A program made the translations under genes and the position numbers. Shown here in pieces: positions 1 through 12,884 of a stretch of 64,000 nt of DNA. Origin of the DNA: Octopus sinensis (lineage: Eukaryota); the NCBI RefSeq assembly GCF_006345805.1, contig NC_043000.1, forward strand, positions 64,666,001-64,730,000, in the 5' to 3' direction. Below the pieces are notes generated by a model. That model searched no databases and had not been told where the DNA came from. It saw only the letters and a list, made by a program, of their open reading frames with translations. Position 1 is the first letter of the stretch; the number at the start of each line of letters is the position of its first letter.

Positions 1-589
1 ATGCTCATTTCAAGGTCTTTATTAGGATACATTTTCACCAATTCCTGGCCTATTGTTTATTGAATAAATATTAAGAAAGACTGGCAAGACAGTGAGTCTG
101 TTTTTGGTAAAGAGATAAATAAGTTTTATTCAACAGTTTTAGAAAATGTGTTTAAACATAAATATTTTAATAGTGAGAGTAAAGGAATTAATTATATTAA
201 CTATATTGTATCTAACTACTTCACAACAAATTGTAGATTTATCGTTTACGTTTTTTTTGTTGTTTTTCTTTTTCAAACTATTTTCATAGCTTTATGTAAT
301 TAAGGTCGACTTAAAATTATTATTCAGTTTACTTACATTAAAATATCGGGATCCAAATATCGTATTATTATTACATTTATTATTACGTTATATATGCTCT
401 ATAAACTTTTTGTGTTTTGTTTCACTAGTTTTAAAAGCATAGGTAACCGAGTGGATTACTGAACAACCGGCTGAGAAGTCGTATCTTGTCAGTGACACAT
501 TTAACTCTCTAAATCGCTCGTTCTACTTCAATGTAAGATCAACTTCTCACCATAAAATTGATATCTAATTCTGGCATTAGGCCAATGTT

Positions 590-752
590 TTGAGGAGAGC
601 ATTTGATTGGTATTTATTTTATTGACTCTGAAGCATGAAAGGCAAAGTCGACGTTGGCTAAATTTAAACTTAGAACGAAATGAGTCGGAAAAAATGCCGC
701 TAAGCATTTTGTCTGATATGCAAACGATTCTGCCAGCTTGCATCTTTTGTCA
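590..752 (-). mobile_element. SINE fragment (tRNA-related family; further copies near 22700-22810 and 54775-55010)
   Basis: Reverse complement matches the plus-strand copy at 54775-55010 (ggcagaat...gaaatgcttagcggcattt...gagttcaaattcc...gactttgcctttcatcc). Boundaries approximate. Confidence 0.55.
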
Positions 753-858
753 TTGTAAAATTATCATGTATTTCGTTAGTTTGTCGTGCTCAGTTGAAAT
801 CATCCTCTAGATATAGTTCCAAGAGAGATAAGTATTGCTAATCTAAGCCAAGTTGTAC

Positions 859-1039
859 AATAACATCGAAAAATACCTTAGGAATGAGTACCCAGGTTCG
901 AAATTTCCCCAGGACACCTGAAGAAGGCTGGCGAGTATATCAGCCGAAATGTTGTGTTAACAACAAACAAGATGAGGACAAATAACCGTCAAATGTAAAT
1001 AATGTACATAATTCCTCATCTCTCAAATATAGAACTGTA
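859..1039 (+). mobile_element. 5'-truncated copy of a hammerhead-bearing SINE (Penelope-like 3' part)
   Basis: Colinear with the reverse complement of 57412-57560 (acatcgaaaaatac(c/t)ttaggaatgag...ccccaagacacctgatgaaggctgg...aacaagatgaggacaaat...caaatgtaaataatgt). The tRNA head present in the 57.6-kb copy is missing here. Confidence 0.7.
913..958 (+). ncRNA. Minimal type I hammerhead ribozyme motif
   Basis: GACAC(913-917)-CTGAAGA-A-GGCTG/loop/CAGCC-GAAA-T-GTT-GTGTT(954-958). Stem I GACAC/GTGTT, 5-bp stem II, loopless stem III (AAT|GTT, likely AAC|GTT before CpG decay). Confidence 0.65.
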
Positions 1040-1675
1040 AGATCCTAATCTTGTTTGGTTTCACCCAGCTTGAAGGTTGAGTCTCTTTGACGACAACTCT
1101 AAGCTTGGTCATTCTATTAAGTTCTGCTTGCACCTTGTCCATCAAAGCAGCAGGCACTTTTCTCGGCGGGTGTACCACGGGTGTGATTTTGTCCACTAAT
1201 TCTGTGTGGTATTCTTCCGGCATGCATCTGAGTCCTTGGAACAGCTCTGGATATTCTCCCAGTATGTCTATTCACTTTCTGACTGTTGTGAACTCGCTGT
1301 ACCAACTTCAATTTCTCACAGGTTTTCCTTTCCAATATACTTAGGCGGTTTTCCTCCACAACCTGAAATAGTACTTCATTCGAAGTGCCACTGATTTCAC
1401 TTGTTACTGATAGTTCTATCTGTCCAAGCGGGAATCACTTTTCTCCGAAGTATGACACAAGTTTCACTTCTGATCTTGACAGTTCTATATTCTTCAAATT
1501 CAAACTGTCGAATATTAAGCTGGAAATGATATTGCACTGTGCATCTGTATCCAGTTTGACTTTCACTGGTTTCTTGTTGATGAATAAAGTCTCATACCAG
1601 TCTTCACCATCTTCATCGGTGGTCATTCGTCCAATGAATAATTCAAATTCTTCAAAACTATCAAATGTGAACATT
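1040..1675 (-). mobile_element. Decayed Ty3/Gypsy (Mag-like) pol fragment: aspartic protease and start of RT
   Basis: ORFs 1435-1674 (VKLDTDAQCNII, protease D(T/S)G-like) and 1023-1223 (ITPVVHPPRKVP...ELNRM...PSSWV) are in different frames and resemble the intact element at 37-41 kb. No LTRs seen. Confidence 0.85.
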
Positions 1676-1911
1676 AATAAATTAAGTATCAGTTACGCTC
1701 TGGGGGTCGAAGCAATCGATAATCCCCTCCCTCACAATATCAGGCCTTGTGCCTATTGTAGAAAGGATTCTTACAAGCCAGTGTCTCTCGTGGCAGGATG
1801 GGGCTATAAGAATTGAAAAAAGGCGGACAAATTTCATCGTTTAATAAAATTGAAGACTGTTTCCAACGTTTTTAACTAGTCCAACACCATGATGATACTA
1901 GAATGGTATTA

Positions 1912-2655
1912 TTTGATACTTTCACTTGCACGATTTTCACTAAGAATAAAAAAAAAAAAACTAATATGCTGCAAACCCCTTATTTTTGTTCAGAAAACGG
2001 TGGGGGACCGGACCCCCTCCCAGAATCATTGGAAATTTTTTTCTTCTTTTTTCTTTGAATGAATTCCGGTGACCTCCTAATATGCTACAAAACCCTCTTT
2101 TTTTTTTTAATATATTTTTGTTTTAATATTATATTTTTACTTGTTTCACACACACATACACAAACTAACGTGTTTTTGGATGAATTCTTGATCATTTTTT
2201 ATCTCTCCACAGACTTTGTCAGCACTAACTTTTATAACCTCTGCATGTTCATTTATTCATTTCAAACTTCTTTGAATTTTCAATCTAATGTAATCTACAT
2301 TCTCTCGAAAACGTATTTTTGCAAAATGTTATCTAAAAATATGGTTAAAGAAAGAAACAGCAAAAATATTTGAAAATGGGGGGGGGGCTGAAATTTCCGA
2401 GGCTTCCACCACACCCCACCCCATTTTCCGAACTAAAAAAAGGGGGTTTTGTAGTATATTAGGTTACCGGAATTCATTCAACGAAAAAGCGAAAGAAAAA
2501 TATTTCCAATGATTACGAGATGGGGAGGGGGCTTCCCCACCCGAACAAAAATAAGGGGTTTACAGCATATTAAGAAGTCAGGGTATTTGATTCTACGCAA
2601 AAAATCCGAGTTTTTTTTTTTTCTTGGTGAAAATCGTGCAGGTGAAAGTATCAAA
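1912..2655. repeat. Fold-back element with ~200-bp inverted arms (MITE-like)
   Basis: 1912-2108 is an imperfect reverse complement of 2435-2655, with a ~35-nt insertion in the right arm. Each arm carries a 20-bp internal direct repeat (1961 and 2077). Confidence 0.75.
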
Positions 2656-2924
2656 ATTTACCTGAAGAATTATATGGATGCAAACTGCATATTGTCTTCT
2701 CATTAATAAAAGGGAAAAGGCAGAAATATTTTACTAATATTTTTGTGATGGTGGTGAGGAAGGACTTTCGTATTCGTCAGTCTGAGAACTGCTGCTAATA
2801 AAACATTTAGTTCGGCACGCCCCTTTTACAGATCTCATTGTGATTAATAATTTATGCTGTGACTTCTAGTTTTGCCGGCGTTATCTATGCTTTTCTTTTC
2901 AGGGTTGATAAAAATCGGAGTTAC

Positions 2925-2949
2925 CGCGGGGTATTTTGTCCGCCATTTT
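2925..2949 (-). promoter_or_regulatory. Possible CpG-retaining promoter / first coding exon (YY1-like AAAATGGCGG, MADKIPR then G|gtaact)
   Basis: Forward CCGCCATTTT at 2940-2949. On the minus strand: ATG GCG GAC AAA ATA CCC CGC G followed by gtaact, in a locally CpG-rich patch. Motif-level evidence only. Confidence 0.25.
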
Positions 2950-3139
2950 AATAGCTTTTTCGATTAATTTTCCTGATTATGCAAATCAGTATTGATTTCA
3001 TTAAAGTTTGGTGGATTACAGAAATAGCAGAGTGTTCCTCTAAATTCCTTGTTACGTTCAATTATGTTTTGAGTGCAAATTCCCCCCGGTGCAAGCTCAA
3101 AATTCGATAAAATAACCATTATCGCTCTCATCTTTTAAA

Positions 3140-3970
3140 GTTTCCAGGTTGATGGAAGCAGTCATAATTATTTACTCCCCTCTCATCTTGGGTCTCTTGT
3201 CCAGATTGATCAGAAGTATATTGCTATCTGTGACGTGAGCAAAGCCTACCACCATGTCGAGAGTGAAAACTTAGCGGCAAAGTTGCTTCCCGCAATCCCG
3301 GAGTAAGTTTCTACGTGGTCGCTGGATTTTCAACAATTAGCAGCTAAATTCCACTTCAACCTACACACTGATATCTTGGAAAAGGAGGATACGTCGGACA
3401 ATATAGTCCTAGGTGTACATTGCTCAATAGAAGTGTCGACAGTGTGGTCATGAATTGGGAAAATGCCTTTGAACATAGATGTGTTCTATCAGGGCTCGTA
3501 GGATCTAGGGAGTATCCCCCACGGGACATGTCTGAGACTAAACAGTTTGTCTTACATCAGTTGGATTGGAAATTACCTATTACTAATTGTATCGATGTGA
3601 TACATTCTACTAATTTGAGTTTCTGCTATGCCTCTCACACTCATACCTCTCTACATCCTCCTCCTCAATATTTCATCTTAACATAATCATGCGTAGATGA
3701 CATCATGCACCATTCCTGTTAACCTCACTGATTTGCAAACACCTTACGCTAATTTTCCAAGGTTTCTCTGAACGGAGATTGACAACTTCCAACAACAGGC
3801 ACATCATTACAATAAATTACATATATCAAGAAAATGCATTTATAATTCTCTGTAGCTCTGTAGCAGTCCTTATCTTCCCTACTGACCATTATAGAGATTC
3901 AGCTTGAACATCAACTGCATCAGTCCTGAAGAGCTGACAAAGATCTCCTTTTATTACAAACCGAGATAAT
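3140..3970 (+). mobile_element. Ancient non-LTR retrotransposon (Jockey/CR1-like) RT remnant
   Basis: Translations give AICDVSKAYHHVESENLAAKL (cf. xDxSKAFDxVxHxxLxxKL), VFYQGS at ~3481-3498 (cf. GVPQGS) and SCVDDIMHHS at 3687-3716 (cf. SYADD), in the correct order with stops and indels. Confidence 0.6.
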
Positions 3971-6510
3971 ACATACATCTCTTGGTAATGTAGATTAAGA
4001 ACAATAAATTAAAACATAGAGAGATGCTAGAAGCTATACTCAGGCGTTGTAATTTTCTTTTGAATAAAGAAAAAACTTAAATATTACTGAAAAGAAAAAT
4101 ATTTTATTGTTACATTTTGTTCTTAAGGGACATTAATAGTCCACTTCGCAATCTAGAAAGCAGTAATGTATATTGTTTTTTAAAATAATAATTTAAGTCC
4201 AATGGAACGGACTTGAAATATTATTTGAAGGGATTGTATGTTCTATTTTAAAATAATTTAAGTTCCGACAGCCAAATGCAATGGTGATATTACAAATATT
4301 TCCGATAACTATACGGACATTTTCTATTCGATCATTGTGCCCTTTTAGTTCAATGACCTGGGCTGTATACAACAATATATATATTGTCAGAAAATTTTCC
4401 TGTGATTTTCGCTGTTAGGAAGCAAACTTCCTATGAAATGACATCACTGAAATATCATTTAAAATACCATCCAAAATACCATTCGCGTATACATTTTTGG
4501 GGAATAAAATTTAGGATTGTTGATACTCGACTCTGTTCTTAGAATCCACTATTATATTAACTAAATATTATTAATTTACTATTATACTCGTTAGGAATTG
4601 AAGCAACGGCATCAAAGTTCGGGATATTTATTGTGACGTAGGTCTAAATGTCAGGAAATACCAAATTTCTACAATTTTCAGTTTTGTAATGATAATTTGA
4701 TACTTGATAAAAACATATGGGAAGAATCTTGTTTTAACTGTTGAAAACATTCTCAGGAATGCACCAAAGTGCATTCCATTAATGTCAAAACATGGGAAAT
4801 GAATTTTTCGTGTGTTGTCTTAAGACAACCTTTGAATCGTTTAATGCGTATTCGTGAATTTTTACAGTATTATTTTTCGATCGGTTTATTAAATTTCAAA
4901 GCGATCAAACTAAGTGACTGGTTTATAGCATGATATAGCAATATATTTTTTAAATGTTTTTTTCAAACTTTATGAGGACTTACGGATACTGTGAAATGAA
5001 GCAGATCGTTGCTACCTTCTTTGTAATACCCCCTCACAAAAAACCCAAAAAAACAATGACATTCCCCACGTCCCCTTATTTATCATGAGCAGAAGTAAAA
5101 AAAAAAACTACTTTAAAAAAAATTATGTTACTTTAGGTGGTCAATAAAAATATAAATAAATGTTTGTATAATAGAAAATTTCGTCGAGTAGGTGGATATT
5201 TCTTCATCGCTTAATTATGGAATTTGTCGAACTAGAAATAGGGCAGGTATGAAATATGAGGAGCAGCGATGCAATTTATTTTATTTTAATTGACTTACAA
5301 ATAGAAGAATATGTAGATTACTGCAAATGTTGTAACCGAGATGTTTAACAAGACATTAGGTCTTACCATGTTATGTTTAAATAATCCGGTGGTCAGCCTT
5401 TGAATTTCAGAAAATCGATATAAGTTAAATAAAATAAACAACGGAAGGAATAAAATCGAAAGCTTTATTCATTTAAGTATGAGGATTATGAAAAGATGAG
5501 AAATACAAAGTGTAACTTTCACGTATTTTTCCCAGGTATAGTGAAGTGACTCTAATCAGTAATCGAAATCGAATCCATGTAAAAAGTCACAGGGGTTTTG
5601 TTCGGGAGGAGGGGTCTCCGAAGGGGTTTTGTGGGGTTTTGTCCGAATCCCAGAAATTAATTGTGACTTTTTTTCCTGCGACTTTATTACCGGTCATCTC
5701 GAAATCATGTCGAACTTTTAGTTCCCTGATAACAGTACCGAACCGCATTGTGCAAGCTTGGTTCGACGATCACATACCATCCTTTTACCAAACCTAAAAC
5801 CAAGAATAATTGCTGCCTATTGGGTAGAAATATAAGAGGGACGTGTAGTTGTCTGTAATCTCAGGTCAACCCTGACTCAACAGATCTCTGATAAAAGGCA
5901 TTCTAGATGCGACCTCCTCGTCCTTTTACATATTATTTATTTCAGACTGCATTATCGAATCTGTCATTCCTTTTAATAGACAATAGTGTGGGATTGGAAG
6001 AGATTTGGATGCTTTTTCTAGCAAGTAGAACTAACCTCGAGAGATACAGACTTTTTATTTGTAAATGTAATTTACATTGAATAGTTCTTTCTGTAAACGT
6101 ATAAATCACCTCAAGAAATTATTATTATTTAAAAAAAATTATCTCTCCTCTTTAAGAAACGCCAACAATTGCCGCTAGGATTTTCTTTTTCAAACTAGAA
6201 GTGAAATTGCAATTAAATCAGGCTTTTTTTAAATGTTTTTTTTTTACATTCGGTATTCAGCACAATCGTTGACCCATTTGAGCTATTTTCCTTAAATCAA
6301 TTTATTTTTCATTATCCATTTTTAATTTACATTTCAGCAATCAAATGGAAATGGTGGCTAAATATAATCGTTTGTAAAATCTTCCCATTCCCTGTGAATG
6401 TTGTAGCTAAAATGATATTCAAAACTATTTTTAGAAAGAATTGCGCAGATACAAGAAAACATCCATTTTGAGACAGAAAAGAAAAAAAGACCTTTGAAGG
6501 GATTGGAACC

Positions 6511-6547
<37 letters not shown>

Positions 6548-6652
6548 CTTCTACTTGTTTCAGTCATATTATCAGGATAATAAAGATTTTAGAAATTTTT
6601 ACTGCCAGTGGCCTAGCGTATAGAAAAATTAGTCAATAGACTATATATTATT

Positions 6653-7171
6653 CATATAAAATACAGTGTACATTTAAACACATTAAAAGGTTTCCATCAT
6701 AGGAACCCTTTATGCTAGAAAGAACAGCTAAAGTCCAAACCAGTAATTAGGGATAAATTCTCGTAGGAAATGAAAAATAAAAATATTTCTGTGCTTGAGA
6801 AGCCAGCTACTTACCCCACAGCCACTCCTGCACCTATAGCCACTCCCATGCCTATACATGTATATATATCCTGGACCATGGTTTCTAACTTATTTTAGTA
6901 AATAAAATAATATGCTAGATTGGCCTTGTTGTTTATATATTTAATCTATGGCGTCCCTGTTGATGAAGACTTCACCTGGTAAATTATTTTATTTACTAAA
7001 ATAAGTCAGAAACCATGGTCCAGGAAAGAGATGGTAAATGTTTTTATTTTTCGTTCCCTTCGAGAATTTATCCCTAATTAGTGGTTTTGTCTTTAGCTGT
7101 TCTTTCTATTGTAAAGGATTCCTATGATGGAAACCTCTTAATGTGTTTAAATGTACACTGTATTTTATATG
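6653..7171. repeat. Nested fold-back MITE-like element with an 80-bp insertion in the left arm
   Basis: Outer arms 6653-6789 / 7036-7171 and inner arms 6870-6912 / 6983-7024 are reverse complements. 6790-6869 replaces an 11-nt segment seen in the right arm. Confidence 0.8.
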
Positions 7172-7470
<299 letters not shown>

Positions 7471-7744
7471 ATACATATGTGTGTGGAGGTGTGTGTGTGT
7501 GGGAGGTATCTTTATGTATGTGTTTGTCCTCCCCCTCCCATATTTGCTTGACAACTGGTGTTGATGTGTTTATGTCCCCATAACTTACTGGTTTGGGAAA
7601 ATAGACTGGTAGAACAAGCTTTACAAACAAAATAATAAGTACTGGGGTTGATATGTTCAACTGAAATTCTTGAAGGTGAGACCCCAGCATGGCCAGAGTC
7701 TAATGATTAAAACAAATAAAAAATAAAAGATATATATACATGTA

Positions 7745-7924
7745 TAGGCATAGGAGTGGCTGTGTGATAAGTAGCTGGCTTCTCAAACACATGGTTCCGG
7801 GTTCAGTCCCACAGCGTGGCACCTTGGACAGGCGTCTTCTGCTATAGCCTTGGGCCGACCAAAGCCTTGTGAGTGGATTTGGTAGATAGAAACTGAAAGA
7901 AGCCTGTTCTATATATATACATAC

Positions 7925-7972
<48 letters not shown>

Positions 7973-8195
7973 CTATGTATCTCTGTGTGTGTGTCTGTGT
8001 TTGTCCCCCACTGTCGCTTGGCAACCAATCCTGGTGTGTTTACGTCCCCGTAACTTAGCGGTTCAGCAAATGTGACTGATAAAATAAGTACTGGACTTAC
8101 AAAGAATTAGTCCTGGGCTCGATTTGTTTGACTAAAGGCAGTGTTCCAGCATGGCCGCAGTCAAAGGACTAAAATAAATAACAGAATAAAAGAAT
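7745..8195 (+). mobile_element. Dominant tRNA-headed SINE, full length (head, internal TA/TG microsatellite, 3' body and cagcatggccgcagtc...gaaac/A-rich tail)
   Basis: A-box-like (tggctgtgtgataag) and B-box-like (gggttcagtccc) motifs. More than 10 related copies occur in this window. Confidence 0.85.
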
Positions 8196-8202
8196 ATATA
8201 TA

Positions 8203-8769
8203 CACTACCGTCAGAAATTAATTAGCACCCTTGATTTGCTCACCATGAAGCATGGTGGGGGTGGTCTGATGGTGTGAGGGGCGTTCAGCTACAGTGGTGT
8301 TGGGCGGCTCTATGCCGTCGAAGGCAACATCAACGCAGCAAAGTACGTTGAGATAGTACGGGATACCTCTTTGGTGGCGAGGAGTACGTGCTGGCCAGTC
8401 ACCTGACCTGAACCCTATTGAGAACCGCTGGAGTCGATTGGGTAGGGATTTGAATGTGCAGCAATACAGGAACCGACACGAGCTGTTTAGGGCACTTCTT
8501 GCTGCATGAGGGGCCATCCCTGCACAGTACCTGCAGGCACTCATAGACAGCATGCCGACCCGCATAGCAGCTGTCATTGCTGCCAAAGGAGGAGCAACAA
8601 GATATTGACTAAATTTCACGATTAATAACAATTATGTGGTGTGCTGGGATATGTTTTAATAAATTTTTGATTAAAAACGAGTTCGTTTCTGATAATAAGT
8701 TAATTAAATTAAGAAAATGTAAGAAAATGTAGAAATTTGAGAAGTGCTAATTAATTTCCGATGCAAGTG
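8203..8769 (+). mobile_element. Internally deleted Tc1-like DNA transposon
   Basis: TIRs CACTACCGTCAGAAATTAATTAGCAC / GTGCTAATTAATTTCCGATGCAAGTG flanked by TA. Residual motifs KHGGGGLMV*GAFS and SPDLNPIENRW. Confidence 0.85.
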
Positions 8770-8829
8770 TATATATGCTCTCACTTATGTCTGCCATTAT
8801 AGCTGTCCAGATTTTTCATCACCTTCCCT

Positions 8830-10620
8830 TGTAATCCAAAATGGCATGACATCCAATCTCACTTACTTCCAAATCCTCCAGATTGGCATGATATCACATC
8901 TAGAGTGTTTCATCTGAAGCTAATGAAAATGTTGGACGTTATAAAACACAGATATATTTTTGGACCATTAAGATGCTTCATGTACACTGTAGAATGGCAG
9001 AAGATAGGACTCCCTCATGCTCATATCCTCTTCTGGCTTCGAAACAAACTCCTCATGTCAACAAATATCAACTCCGTTATCAGTGCTGAATTGCCAAATC
9101 CCTAAGAAGACCCAGTTCTTTTTGAAATCATAAAATCCAGCATGATCCATGACCCGAGTGGTCATCAAAATCCAAGGTCTGCATATATGGACAATGGGTG
9201 GTGTGCAAAGCATTACCCACGTAAACAAATTCATGATGTGCTTTGTAAAATATTTTCGGTCCACATTAACGTTGAATTCTGCAACTCTGTGAAATTAATT
9301 CAATACATCTGCAAGTGTGTACATAAAGGAGCTGATCAAGCAGGTATTGAGTTGGCTAAGGCCGACTACCCTGATGCTGCCATAGATGAAGTCACATTTT
9401 CCCAAACTGGACGCTATATCTCTACTAATGAGGCATTTTGGCGCATATTCGGTTTTCCAATACATGAACGTGAACCTGCAGTTATTCACCTCAGTGTTCA
9501 TTTGGAGAACGGGCAACGGATGTATTTTAATCAAGAAAATATACTTGACTGTGCAAACCAACCTCGAAGAACGACCCTGGCTGGATTCTTTGAACTTTGA
9601 ACTTCATACTCTTTTGCCAGAAGACTTCTTTATGCAGAATTGTCTACATTCTACATGTGGAATAAATCTTCTTGCTGTTGGCAAAAAAGAAAGTGACGAT
9701 GTATTTCAGAAAGAGATGCTTTGATGTGTGAATCTGATACCCTCTCAAGAGTGTACACAGTTCACCCGCTTAACTCAGAATACTTTCACCTGCGTCTTCT
9801 GTTGCACATTGTCAAAGGTCCAACTTCCTTTCAAGACCCTCGTACCATTAATGGTCATATTTGTTCAACCTTCAAAGAGGCCTGCTCCAAATTAGGTCTT
9901 CTTGATAATGATGACCACTATGACCATACCCTCCAAAAACATCAGTATTGCAGTCCATCACTGCTCTTTGTAAACTTTTTGCTGTTATGCTGGTGTACTG
10001 CATCTTGCAAATCCACAATCTTTCTGGGAGAAATATCGTGACAGCATGTGCTTGGACATCCTTATGCAATCTCACTACGCAGCGACAGACATGGGGTTAC
10101 AGTTTACACTTGTAATGTACAACTGTGGCCTCATACTCCTATAAGATACCATTTTGGAAATGGGTGGTCATCCCTTGAACAACTACTGTGTCAAATCCCT
10201 TACAAAGAAAATGAGGCGCTTTGTAACCAGCACTTACTAAGGGAGACCTGCCACGATGCTGCCAGCTTCTATCCTATGTTGGAGAAAGAGAAAAACTTTT
10301 GAATCCTGAACAAGCTGTTGTCTATAATTCTATTTTGACAATGCTTGAAGACACCACTGGTGGCATCCTCTTTCTTGATGTGCCAGGTAGCACACGAAAG
10401 ATATTTCTCCTCAACCTCCTTCTTACAAAGTTCACCAAAGTGGACAGATTGCCATTGCAATGGCATCTTCAGGAATAGCATCAACACTGCTAGACAGTGG
10501 CAGAACAGTCCATTCAACATTTAAGCTTTCCCTTAACTGAAGAGCTATGCACAACAGTTTACCCCAACCCTCTACCAATCACATCAGTCATAAATGGATG
10601 TGTGAAAGAGCCATCTTAGC
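8830..10620 (+). mobile_element. Decayed Helitron Rep/helicase
   Basis: VEWQKIGLPHAHIL (Rep motif 2), MIHDPSG, HINVEFCNSVK, YISTNEAFWRIFGFPIHEREPAV.HL.VHLENGQ, RLLLHIVKGPTSF, and helicase-like MASSGIASTLLDSGRTVHSTFKL. Broken by stops and frameshifts. Confidence 0.9.
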
Positions 10621-12884
10621 TCCAACAAATGCCACCGTCTAAGCCCTACATATACACATATATAAATATAAATATATATACATATAAATCTGTATATATA
10701 CATCTATACATATACATCTATATACATACATATATTTGTACACATATATACATGCATACATATATTTATACATATATATATATACGCATATATATACATA
10801 TGATTCTGTATATATACATACATATGCACAAATGTATATACACATACATACATGCATGCATATATGATAATAGTTTCACTTTAATAGTTTCAGTATTAAT
10901 AGTGAAACTATTAAACTGGACATGTTATTGTTTTACTTTTGACACATAATACTGAAATAGTATAAGGGATAAGAGATTGCTCCGGGCTCGCATTAGGCAA
11001 GAAGGTGAACATTGTTTTTGGTCCACGACACTGCATGGACACTAAGTAAGGCATGTGTAAAATTTGAATGAAATTGGTTGGGTAGTTATTGAGTTTTAGT
11101 GATGCACACATACAGATAGACAGACAGGAACATTCTCAGTTTTATATATATAGATATATACATAATATGTGTGTGTGTATGTTTGCTTAGATCATATTAC
11201 TGATTACACTATAGAGTCTCTCTCTCAAATTTAAGTTTATAGATATGTTTTTTGTTTCTTTAAAAATTTTCTTTCTAAAGGTATCTTGTCTGTTATGTTA
11301 AACTCCAAATATTTATATTATACTTATGTCAGTCATGTTAAACGCTTCACATAAATATTGTATATAATATATCTGTCAATTACATAAAAATACCATGTAA
11401 AATTTTATGTCAGTTACCATATATAAATGTATTATTGTTACTTGTGCTAAATTTCATATATAAAGTATTATATATATCATACTTATGTCCAACATGACAC
11501 AACAATTCTCCTTAATTTGATGTTTACGAGAGAGAGAGGGGATAGAGGGAAAAGTGAGAGAGGAAGAGAGGGAGAGAGAGTACCCACGAATCAAATTATA
11601 TGTTAATTAACTACTTAGAAGTTAATGAGTAACTATTTCCTAATATCAGATTATCAGAAATATGATATTTAGAGAAAGAAAAGGTCTTACATCATATGGC
11701 TATATATAATGTAGTTTTATTGGTTGTTGCTCACTTTATACTTGTGGTGAATTATTCTTTTGTGTTTTTTTTTTTACTTATTATCATTATTAAAACTTGA
11801 AATACAATTAAATGGAATGTCTACGCAATATGTGAAAGTATGAAAACATACCCTGTTTATAATATTGATTTCTCACATGGATGCAACTATTCAAATTCAA
11901 GGGAGAGTGTCAATGGTGTAGTGGGCAGTGGTTCTTGGGGTCAAAAACTCTTTTGGCTCCCTCACCTTTAATTAACAGGCATGATAAGCTGTAAGAAATT
12001 TTGTGCCCTCCTCACTTTCCTTTTACTACACTTATGAAGAGTATAGTTGATGACATCAATTCCAGTACTCACCTGGTACTTGTTTTATTGACCTTCGAAA
12101 AGATGAAAGCCAAAGTTGACCTTATGAGATTTGAGTTCAAAATTTATAGTTATACGATACTTCAAGCAATTTTGTTTTTTACACTAGTGATATTGCCAGC
12201 AAACCAGAAGATGATAACTTCAAAATGCACTTCATGAGTATGCTGGCTCACTCTTCAAACAGAAAGAGATATTTGGAGTTATAATATTGTGACTATAAAA
12301 GTAGAATAAATTACACTAACACAATTTTTGTTCTTAAGCAAAGTTAGCATGTTTTAAGCAAACTTCATTTATTTGCATCTTGCTTGTCTTCAATCCAATG
12401 TGGGATGAAGCCACAGTATCATATTGCTAGATTATCTACTCTGGTTGTGGGTCTTCCTGTTCAAACTGGCAAATTACTGGTTGGACAGAGTACTCCCAAA
12501 ATCAGGAGATAAGCTCAGCTTTTGGATGTTGAAAATTGGCAAAGATAATGAGTGACCATGACAAGTGGCATTATTTTCTATGCAAGTATAGAAAAACAGG
12601 CATAACTCGATGATGGGTTGGGATTTCTTGCATCATTTACAAGTAAGAAAACACAATCTAAAAATCACTAATGTGGTTCTCTAATTCCAAATTGTAAGTT
12701 AACTTTCAATCAGTTGCTCTAGCTACTAGTGAAGATGAAATGAGCCCTTATACATCTAGGAAATATAGCAAAGTAGGCAGTAGTACCTGTGGATGCTTTC
12801 ATACAATTGAAATTGTAATACAAAGTCTAGAAGATATAAATGCAATTGCTGTTGAACACCATCTGCAATGATAGCTTATGTATA

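Noticed and set aside
2763-2780. Minus-strand CTGACGA-ATAC-GAAA-GTC resembling a hammerhead core
   Set aside because: Only 4 nt lie between the core halves (no stem II), and there is no stem III.
3148-3302. Exon-like 155-nt open frame with good acceptor (tttccag) and donor (gtaagt)
   Set aside because: The peptide matches LINE RT motifs (DVSKAYHHV...KL) and continues into QGS and YADD-like motifs downstream, so it is a retroelement remnant. Exonisation cannot be excluded.
5581-5672. 11-bp inverted repeat enclosing three GGGGTTTTGT copies
   Set aside because: Too short and low-complexity to call an element without a copy-number search.
6339-6470. Other exon-like segments with good acceptors (6339+, 13470+, 18440+, 32118-, 52520+, 55588-)
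   Set aside because: All hit stops or lack phase-compatible donors, so no consistent gene model could be assembled.
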